From Anaeramoeba ignava BMAN (taxonomy: Eukaryota > Protista > Anaeramoebae), in contig JAPDFW010000022.1 in the NCBI GenBank assembly GCA_028826165.1, forward strand, positions 186,001-250,000: a stretch of 64,000 bases of DNA, given 5' to 3'. A program made the position numbers and the translations under genes. This document shows positions 49,601 to 59,737 of this stretch, one piece after another. Every line of letters starts with the position of its first letter. Positions within the stretch are counted from its first letter, which is position 1. A model generated the notes under the pieces. It was not told the DNA's origin. It ran no database searches and saw nothing but the letters and a program-made list of their open reading frames with translations.

Positions 49601-50983
49601 TTTTGATGGCGAGTTCACTTTGGTTCGCGCGCTTTTCCGCATTATAAGATCAGCTGATTCCGAATCACTCTGCAAATCTCTCACTTTTCTTTTTGAAAAA
49701 CATAACTCAGAAGCAATAGATCTGATCAATCTTTCCATTCGCGATGAAGTTTCTCGCATTATCACATCCTCAACACTCTTCAGAAGCAACAGTTATGCCA
49801 GCAAGATCCTTTCTACATACGCAAAGCTCCATGGTCTTCCTTATCTCTATCGCACAATTGCTATTGAAGTTTTTGAAATTTGCAACGAGCTTGTTGATTC
49901 TGTTGAGGTTGATGAGCGACAACTGAAAAATTTAGATCTTGAAGACTCTGATTGTAAATCTAGTACTGATGACCAGATCACCCAAGATGTTGATGTTAAT
50001 AAATGGCGTCTTCTTCTTACCACGCAGAAGATTCTTCAGCGTATTTTCAAATCAATTTCCAAAATGCCTCCACAATTCAGAACCATTTCTCACGAACTAA
50101 GTTCTCAAGTGAGAGCAAAGTTTGAAGGCCAAGAACGCATTGCTGTTGCGTCTTTTATTTTCCTTCGTTTTATTTGCCCTTCAATTACTGCTCCTGAAGC
50201 TTATGGTCTTGTTCGTGAATTACCAAGCGACAGTGCTCGTCGTCATTTGATTTTGGTGACTAAAACTCTTCAAAATGTTGCTAACGGAACAAATTTCAGA
50301 GGGGATGGTGTTATGCAAGATCTTTCTGTTTTTGTAACAACAAATCAACCACGAGCTAATCAGGTAATTTTATTTTTTGAATAATTTTTAAATGATTTTT
50401 AAATGATTTTTAAATGATTTTTAAATAATTTTATTTTTTGAATAATTTTTGAATAATTTTATTTTTAAATAATTTTATTTTAAATAATTTTATTTTAAAT
50501 AATTTTTTTTTGAATAATTTTATTTTTTGTTCCACTTTTTTAAATAATTCTATTTTTTGTTCCACTTTTTTGAATAATTTTATTTTGAATAATTCTTTTT
50601 TGAATAATTCTATTTTTTGTTCCACTTTTTTGAATAATTTTATTTTGAATAATTCTATTTTTTGTTCCACTTTTTTGAATAATTCTTTTTTCACCTTTTT
50701 CTCATCTCTCTTTTTTATAATTTTTTTTATTTTTCTTTCTTTTTCTTTTTAGTTCTTTGATGCTATTTCTCAACCTATTCAAGATTATCAAGATCCTATT
50801 CCTGTTTCTTTTCCTCCTCAAGTAATTCAAAGTTCAAAAGCAATTATTCATCGTTATATGTGTCAAAATAAAGAACGTCTATTAAAAGATTTAGAAGAAA
50901 ATGCTCCTAAATTAAAGGTTCAACTTGAAAAACAACTCAATGAACTTGGAGAACCAATTCCACTTCAATACACAAAAATATGA
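43637..50983 (+). CDS. Receptor-type RasGAP (~1895 aa): signal peptide, pectin lyase/PMP-like beta-helix, EGF, Cys-rich (GCC2/GCC3-like) module, 12 FN3, TM, RasGAP; exons 43637-44036, 45116-45709, 45901-50363, 50753-50983
   Basis: LYVSKTGNDGNPGT..P..TI, GGAI and F.NN motifs; CFNGGSC...CRC; CSPGKF...C..C; FN3 W..P..GG.PI..Y; TM AGLGSTLGAFAIISVFAVLWY; TLFRSNS, FIFLRFICPSITAP, KTLQNVAN. The exons total 5688 nt in one frame. Confidence 0.92.
44140..45060. repeat. ~25-bp satellite (AAATTTAAACAAYAAAATAAYTATY)n in receptor RasGAP intron 1
   Basis: Direct reading. Confidence 0.92.
50375..50695. repeat. 15/30-bp repeats in receptor RasGAP intron 3
   Basis: TTTTGAATAATT and TTGTTCCACTTTTTT units. Confidence 0.85.
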
Positions 50984-51104
50984 TTGAAATGTTTTTTTTT
51001 TTGAATTTTTCTTTTATTTTTTCTTTTTAATTTTCAAAAACAAATGTTTTCTTTTTTCTTTTCAATTTCTAATTTTCAAAAACAAAAATGATTTTTCAAA
51101 TTCG

Positions 51105-52212
51105 ATTTTAATTTTGATTTTGATTTTGGTTTTGATTTTAATTTTGATTTTAATTTTGATTTGATTTTGAATTTATTTGATTTTTATTTGATTTGATTTT
51201 GATTTGATTTTGATTTTGATTTTTGATCCTAATTTAAAGGTTCAATTTTGATTTGATTTTGGTTTTGAATTTGATTTTGATTTGATTTTGAGTTTTGATT
51301 TAATTTGATTTTAATTTTGATTTAATTTTCTTTTTGATTTAATTTTGATTTAATTTGATTTTTTGATTTAATTTGATTTTGATTTTGGTTTTGATTTTAA
51401 TTTGATTTTAATTTTGAATTTTAATTTGATTTTTAATTTGATTTTGATTTTGAATTTGATTTTGATTTTTGATTTTGATTTTAATTTTGATTTTGATTTT
51501 TGATTTTAATTTGATTTTGATTTTGATTTAATTTGATTTTGAATTTAATTTGATTTTGATTTTGATTTTAATTTGATTTTAATTTTGATTTTAATTTAAT
51601 TTTAATTAATTTTTGAATTTTGATTTTGATTTTGGATTTGATTTGATTTTGATTTTGATTTTGATTTTTGATTTTGATTTTGATTTTGATTTTGATTTTG
51701 ATTTTGATTTTGATTTTGATTTTTGATTTTGATTTTGATTTGATTTTAATTTGATTTTGATTTTTGATTTGATTTTTAATTTGATTTTTGATTTTAATTT
51801 TTGATTTTAATTTTGATTTTGATTTTTGATTTAATTTTGATTTTGATTTGATTTGAGTTTGATTTTGATTTTAATTTTAATTTAATTTGATTTAATTTGA
51901 TTTTGATTTAATTTTGATTTTGATTTAATTTGATTTGATTTTAATTTGATTTTGATTTTGATTTAAATTTGATTTTGATTTAAATTTGATTTTGATTTAA
52001 ATTTGATTTTGATTTGATTTTATTTGATTTTGATTTGATTTTAATTTTGATTTTGATTTTGATTTTGATTTGATTTGGATTTGATTTTAATTTTGATTTG
52101 AATTAATTTGATTTTGATTTTGATTTTGATTTTAATTTGATTTGATTTTAAATTTAATTTGATTTTGATTTTGATTTTTATTTGATTTGGATTTTGATTT
52201 TGATTTTGATTT
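51105..52212. repeat. Degenerate (TTTTGA/TTTGA)n satellite between convergent 3' ends
   Basis: Direct reading; reads (TCAAAA)n downstream of the minus-strand gene's stop. Confidence 0.93.
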
Positions 52213-52553
52213 TCATTTCATTAAAATTTGAAGTGCTCCTTTTAAATTAGTTTCTTTTTTTTCAATTTCATTTTTTAAATTTATAATTTGCTTTTCAATT
52301 AAAATTAATTTATCTGTTTTATTTTCAGTTTCTATTTTTTGAGATTTAAGTTTTTCCATAAAATCTTTTTTACAATTATCCATTTGATTTATAATTTCTA
52401 TAAAGTTTTCTGTTTGTTTAATTTTATTAATTCTAAATTAAAAAATTAAAAAATTAAATGTTTTGTTTTGTTTTGTTTTGTTTTGTTTTTGTTCTAAAAG
52501 AAAAATCCAAACATTTCTTCTTGAAATTTTTGATTTTCTTCAAGAGAATTCAT
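52213..52553 (-). CDS. Small (~87 aa) coiled-coil protein, 2 exons, not in the ORF track
   Basis: MNSLEENQKFQEE-[GT..AG]-IINKIKQTENFIEIINQMDNCKKDFMEKLK...LKGALQILMK*, with a TCATT motif upstream. Confidence 0.65.
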
Positions 52554-52802
52554 TTAAATTAATTTTTCTTAATGAATGAAAGAAAAAAAAAAAAGCAAAT
52601 AATAAGAAAGAAAATTGAAGAAAATTAAAATAAAAAAAATGATTCTCTTTAAAATTAAAAAAAAAAGAAAATTTTTGAAATTCTTTTTTTTTTTAAAAAA
52701 AAATCAAAATAGAAATGAAAATGGAGATCAAATCAAATCAAATCAAATCAAATCAATTTAAATCAAATCAATTTAAATCAAATCAATCCAAATCAATCCA
52801 AA

Positions 52803-55800
52803 TCAAATGATAATGCAACACTTGCAAGTTGTTGAATCATGTTTGTTTTTAGCAATCAAAATTGAAGTTTCATCATTTTCATCTTCTTGGTCAATAACTT
52901 GACCTTTTTCTTCTTGAGTTGAGTTATCACCAATAGTATCATTTCCTTTAATTTCGTCAACAGGATCACTTTCACTATCACTACTTTCAGTTGTTGTTGT
53001 TGTTGTTGAAGAGTCATGTTTTTTCTGTTTTTTCTGTTTTTTTTCTTTTTCTTTTTCTTTTTCTTTTTCTTTTTCTTTTTCTTTTTCTTTTTCATCTTCT
53101 TTTTCATTTTCATCTTGTTTTTCTAAAACTTCAAGATCCTTTTTGAATGAAACTGATCTGTTTTGATCTTTTTTCCCTGAATGAGATCTACTTTTTTTCA
53201 AAATGGAATTTGTTCTTTTTCCTTTTTTTTTCTCTTGGTTATCATTCTCGTTAATATCATCATCTTCAAAATCAGTTGAAATTAATTTTTCATCATCTCC
53301 ACTTGGTAAATTCAAAGAGAATGTAAATAATTTCCAAGGATGGAATTTACTTTCTGATTCGTGTGTTTGAATTGAAACCCATGATGATACAAGTGTTTGT
53401 AATTTTTGTTCTTTTTTTTCCATTCGACAAGTTTTATCTTTTTTGTATATCTTTGCTTTTGAAAATTTGGAAAGGATTTTATTCCATTTTTCAAGTTCTT
53501 CTTTTTTTGGGAATTCAATTGTCATTTGCCATTTTTGTGTTGTAATTTTGAGTTTGTTATCTGGAAGAGGAGAGAATTGGGAGTTATCAATAATAATTGA
53601 ATCAATTAAAGTTTCGAGAGACTAAATTTTTAAATAATTTTTATAAATTTGATATAAATAAATTTTATAAATTTAATATAAATTTAATATAAATAATTTT
53701 ATAAATTTAATGTAAATAATTTTATAAATTTAATATAAATTTGATGTAAATAAATTTGATGTAAATAAATTTTATAAATTTGATATAAGTAATTTTTATA
53801 AATTTGATATAAATAAATTTTATAAATTTAATATAAATAATTTTATAAATTTAATATAAATAATTTTTATAAATTTGATTTTAAATAAATTTAATATAAA
53901 TTTTATATAAATTTTATAAATTTGATATAAATAATTTTTATAAATTTAATATAAATTTAATATAATTTTTATAAATTTAATATAAATAAATTTGTTATAA
54001 TTTTATATAAATAATTTTTATAAATTTAATATAAATAAATTTTATAAATTTAATGTAAATAATTTTTATAAATTTGATATAAATAATTTTATAAATTTGT
54101 TTTAAATAATTTTTATAAATTTGATATAAATTTCATGTAAATAATTTTTATAAATTTGATATAAATTTAATATAAATTTAATATTTAAATAAATTTGATA
54201 TAAATAATTTTTATAAATTTAATAAATAATTTTTATAAATTTAAATTTAAATAATTTTTATAAATTTAATGTAAATAATTTTTATAAATTTGATATAAAT
54301 TTAATGTAAATAAATTTTATAAATTTTATATAAATAATTTTTATAAATTTTATATAAATAATTTTTATAAATTTTATATAAATATTTTTTATAAATTTCA
54401 TGTAAATAATTTTTATAAATTTAATGTAAATAATTTTTATAAATTTTTTTAAATAATTTTTATAAATTTGTTTTAAATAATTTTTATAAATTTGTTTTAA
54501 ATAATTTTATAAATTTAATATAAATAATTTTTATAAATTTCATTTAAATAGTTTTTAAAATTGTTTGTAGTTTTTAAAATTGTAGTTATAAAATCACCTC
54601 ATTTTGGAAAACAAATAAAATCTTCCATTTCAAAACTAAAAATAATTGCTTCCATGAATCATTTTCAGATATTATAACTCGCATTAAACCTTGATGCTTA
54701 GAATTTTTAATCCATTCTTTTCCATATAAAGCAAGTTCCTTACAAGAATCCTTTGCTTCTTCAAATTTTCCAAGTTTGAAACCTGTTATTGATTTTCTTA
54801 AATAAAGAACAGGATTTATTCGACTAACATCAATTGCTTCATTTAATAATTCATCACATTTCTCAAAATTGTTTTCCATAAATTCTTTTTTCTCATTTTC
54901 AAGAATATTATTAATTTTTGCAATTGAAATCTTATGCAAAGTACCTTGAATTCCTTCTTGAATATTTTGTTCAAGTGGATTAATACTTTTTGCTTTCTCT
55001 AAAAATTGTAATGCTTCTTCAAATCGATTCAAAAAAAACAAAGTGATTGCGTGTCGAAATAAAGCCTAAATAATAAAAATAATAATATTTTTTTTTTCAA
55101 TAAAAAAAATTTAATTACATGAAATGAAATGAAATCCAAAGAAATATTTTATTTTTATATATTTTTTATTTTCATTATTAATTTACATATTCAGATTGGT
55201 CATTCATTTGCAAAAGTTTTGATGTATCAGTTAGTGCTTCTTCATGTTTTCGTAAAGCATTTAATGAGGCAGAACGATAAGACATAATATCATACTGAAT
55301 TTTTTCAGGGAAATCAGGAACTGTAAGTAATTCTGTAAAATTTTCAGTTGCCTTTTCATATTCTTGATTATTAAACATTTTGACAGTTTCATAAATTTTT
55401 TTCCAAGAATCAGGATAACTAAAGGAAATCTCGATATTAAGAATTAATGAATACTGGTCTTGTTCTAATAAATGACTTTTTAAATTGAGGTCCAATTTTT
55501 GTTTTGCGTCTTTTTCAATTTCTGACATATCAAAAAGAGTATCTCCAAGAAAACCTTCTTGTGATTTATCATCTGTCCAAACACTGAATTTAAAATAGGG
55601 TTTTATTCTTTGAATTTTTCTGTTAAAGAACCAAGAAAGAAAGCAAAAAAAAATATTGGGTTAAAAATTTTCTTTTTAAAAGAAAGAGAGAAAAAAATTT
55701 TTTTTTTGCTTTTTTTTTTTTAAAAAACAAAAAAAGAAAATAATTGTTGTTTACATTTGAAAGGGATCATTCCAAATAACAGCTCCATTACTTAATTGTC

Positions 55801-56076
55801 CTAGTTTTGTTTTGTGGGTTTCTTTTTCTATTGTAAAAGCACAAAAAATATTTTGAGAATGAAGCACTTTTGTTGTTTTAATTTGAATAACTTTTCCAAA
55901 AAACAAATTAAAAAAAAAAAATTTATTAATAAAAAAAAAATTCGTAACAAATTAGAAAAAAAAAAAGAAAAAAAATTTTTTTAATAAAAAACATTTTTGT
56001 AAAAGAAAAAAGAAAAAAAAAATTTTTAATTAATATTTTTATAAATACTTTTTAAATCTAGTAATCCTTCAGACAT
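52803..56076 (-). CDS. C2 + TPR + PH domain protein with C-terminal CaaX (KCCIII), 5 exons
   Basis: C2: FCAFTIEKETHKTK...VIWNDPF...FSVWTDD...FLG. TPR: YEKATENFTE, YRSASLNAL..HEEAL, RFEEALQFLEKAKSINP. PH: QGLMRV...WKQLFLVLK...FPKKEELEKWNKIL. Confidence 0.82.
53630..54590. repeat. ~22-25-bp satellite (AAATAATTTTTATAAATTTRATRT)n in the last intron of the C2-TPR-PH gene
   Basis: Direct reading. Confidence 0.92.
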
Positions 56077-56196
56077 TTTTTTTTTGTAATAAGATAAGAT
56101 AAGATAAGAAGATGAAGAAAAAAAATGAAAAAACAAAATTTTTTTATTTTTCATTTTTTTTTTCTAATTTAAAACAAAAACAAAAACAAAAACAAA

Positions 56197-57961
56197 ATGA
56201 GAGGTTTTTGTTCAATTTGTCATCAATTTAAACAAAATGGAGTAACAATAATAACTCAAGAAATTATACAAAATTTACCTCATAATAAAAGATATGAAAT
56301 TGGAAAATTAATTTGTTTTGAATGTAGAGTTCAAGATAAAAGACCTAAAGTTTGAAAATCAAAAAATCAAAAATTCATTTATAACTTATTTTTTCATTTA
56401 ATTTATAAAAAAATATAATAATAATTATAATTATAAGATACAAACAAAATTATCTCAATTTTTCAAATCATCATCACAAACAGAAGAAAAAACATTAAAT
56501 TCTCAAACAAATGAATCAAATATTGAATCAAATTCACAATCAAATATTGAACAAAATATTAAATCAAATTCACAATCAAAACTTGAACCAAATATTGGAA
56601 TCACTATTCAATTCAATAAAACCCAAATCCTTCAAAATTCTATAAAAGATATTAATAGCCAAAAAATAAGTCATTTATTAAACAATATAAGCACAATAAA
56701 ATTTTCCAATTCAAAAATTGATAGAAAATTCATGAACCAAATTAAAACATTAACAAAACCAAAATCCAAATTTACGAAAAATATCAAATATTCTCAAATA
56801 CCATTTGAAATTCAAAAATCAAACACATCTTTATCAAATTTGGATCACATAACTTCTGTTGCTTTTGATCCAAAAGATGGATCACTAATATCATCAAGCA
56901 GTTCCAATGGCAGTATTTATATCTTTGATTTCCAACATTATTTAACAAACTCATATTTTTATCGCAATCAAGAGAAAATTCCAGAGCCAGCATTAACATT
57001 AAAAACAGGAGAAAGAATATCCTCATTAAGATGGACAGGTGCAAATGAAATCATTTGCTCTTTCCACTCATCACCAAAATTATATGCTTTTGATTTGCTA
57101 TCTTGTGAAGAAAATACACCAACTCAAATTTTCTTAACAAATCCAAATAAGCAAACTCATTCCTTAAATGATATTATTTTTGATAAAGAATTGATTTTTG
57201 GATGCGGAAGAAACGGTGGATTTGTTCATTGGGATCGTCGAGTATCAATACAAAAGCCAGTCAAACATGTACTGTTCAATGATCTTGGAACAATTAATAG
57301 TATTGTTTTAGTCGGAAACTATCTTTATTGTGGATCACAAAGTGGATCCATTTCTGTTCATGATATCAGACGTAATTTCAAGATTGTCAAGAATAACATG
57401 GTCAACCCAAAACAAAATCAGCCAATAGATACTCTTGTTCTTGAGCCAGAATCTCAACTTATTTTAGGATTCCAGCTTTCAACTGGGAATATTGGATTTT
57501 TTGATTTGTTCACTTCAAAAATCAAGTTGTATCAAAATCACTCAATTAAAAATCGCACTCGTTCCAAAACAGCTCTCTTACGGAAACATCTAATCAACAA
57601 AAGTGGCAAATCACATATTTCTGGAATCAATTCTCCGGTTATCTCGCGTGTTGAGTTTTTGGATACAAATCTAGCAATATCAACAGAGAAAGAACTTCCA
57701 TTTTCAAGTTACTATCGAAAAAAACCTTGTTTTGTTAAGCAAGATGATTCTTCTTCTTCTTTGTTTGTATTTAGTTCAGATAGAAGAAGTGTTAATCTTG
57801 TTGATTTCACAGATTTAGATCATTCAAAACCTCTTTCTTTCTTGAGTTCTTCTTTGGTTATTAGTTTTGATGCTCATCCTATAACAAATGATTTTGTTGG
57901 AGGATCAGTATTTGATTCCTTGTTTGCTTTTTCAGATGATTTTATAAATATTATGAATTAG
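56197..57961 (+). CDS. WD40 protein with N-terminal CxxC...CxxC motif and a PIP box; exons 56197-56349, 56438-57961; 558 aa
   Basis: MRGFCSIC...LICFEC; QTKLSQFF; WD blades ITSVAFD, IYIFDF, VHWDRR, VHDIRR. Splicing is in frame with the 56732 ORF. Confidence 0.82.
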
Positions 57962-59605
57962 GAAATCTATAAATTAACTTTTATAAATATTATGGATTAG
58001 AAAATATTTATAAATTAACTTTTATAAATATTATGAATTAAAAAATATTTACAAATTAACTTTTATAAATATTATGAATTAAAAAATATTTATAAATTAA
58101 ATCTATAAATATTATGAATTAAAAAATATTTATAAATTAACTTTATAAATATTATGGATTAGAAAATATTTATAAATTAAATTAATAAATATTATAAATT
58201 AAAAAATATTTACAAATTAAATTTAATAAATATTATGAATTAAAAATATTTACAAATTAAATCTATAAATATTATGAATTAAAAAATATTTATAAATTAA
58301 CTTTATAAATATTATGGATTAGAAAATATTTACAAATTAAATTTAATAAATATTATAAATTAAAAATATTTACAAATTAAATTTTATAAATATTATGAAT
58401 TAAAAAAATATTTACAAATTAACTTTTTATAAATATTATGAATTAAAAAATATTTACAAATTAAATCTATAAATATTATGAATTAGGAGATATTTATAAA
58501 TTAACTTTTATAAATATTATGAATTAGGAAATGTTTATAAATTTAATTTTATAAATATTATGAATTAAAAATATTTATAAATTTAATTTAATAAATATTA
58601 TGGATTAGAAAAATATTTACAAATTAAATTTAATAAATATTATAAATTAAAAATATTTGCAAATTAAATTTTATAAATATTATGAATTAAAAAAATATTT
58701 ACAAATTAACTTTTATAAATATTATGAATTAGAAAAAATATTTACAAATTAAATTTAATAAATATTATGAATTAGAAAATGTTTATAAATTAAATTAATA
58801 AATATTATGAATTAGGAAATCTATAAATTAAATTTATAAAATTATTAAAAAACAAATTAAATTTTATAAATATTATGAATTAAAAATATTTATAAATTAA
58901 ATTAAATTTTATAAATATTATGAATTAAGAAATATTTACAAATTAAATTAAATTTATAAATATTATGAATTAAAAATATTTACAAATTAAATTTAATAAA
59001 TATTATGAATTAGGAAATGTTTTAAAAAATATAAATATTGGGGAATTAAATTTTATAAATATTATGAATTAGAAAATCTATAAATTAAATCTATAAATAT
59101 TATGAATTAAAAATATTTATAAATTAACTTTTATAAATATTATGGATTAGAAAATATTTACAAATTAAATCTACAAATATTATGGATTAGAAAATATTTA
59201 CAAATTAACTTTTATAAATATTATGAATTAAAAATGTTTACAAATTAATCTATAAATTAAGAAAATAAATCTTATAAATATTATGAATTAGAAAAATATT
59301 TATAAATTAAATTTTATAACATATAAATTAAAAATATTTACAAATTAAATTTAATAAATATTATGAATTAAAAATATTTACAAATTAAATTTAATAAATA
59401 TTATGAATTAGGAAACATTTACAAATCAAAATTTTAAATATTATGAATTAGAAAAATATTTACAAATTAAATTAAATTTTATAAATATTATAAATTAAAA
59501 AATATTTATAAATTAAATTTTACAAATATTATGAATTAAAAAATATTTATAAATTAAATTAAACTTTATAAATATTATGAATTAAAAAATGTTTATAAAT
59601 TAAAT
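57940..59605. repeat. ~40-bp satellite, ~40 copies, beginning inside the last codons of the WD40 gene
   Basis: Unit TTTTATAAATATTATGAATTAGGAAATCTATAAATTAAC and variants. Confidence 0.93.
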
Positions 59606-59737
59606 TAAAAAAGTGGAATAATAATAAAAAAAAATTTTTGATTTTTAATTGAAGAAAAAAGAAAGAAAAAAAAAACTGATTGATTTTTAAGCGAAAATTA
59701 TTGAAAAAAAAAAGAAGAAAAAAAGTGAGAAAAAAAT

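Noticed and set aside
50431-50752. KKELFKKVEQKIELF-repeat ORFs
   Set aside because: They lie within receptor RasGAP intron 3 and derive from its repeat.
7711-56076. Functional cluster of trafficking genes (SNARE, VPS26, VPS41, RUN, C2)
   Set aside because: These genes are interspersed with unrelated ones; enrichment cannot be shown without the genome background.
6570-59605. CRISPR-like arrays
   Set aside because: All arrays are head-to-tail degenerate repeats with no unique spacers and no cas genes, in a eukaryotic context.
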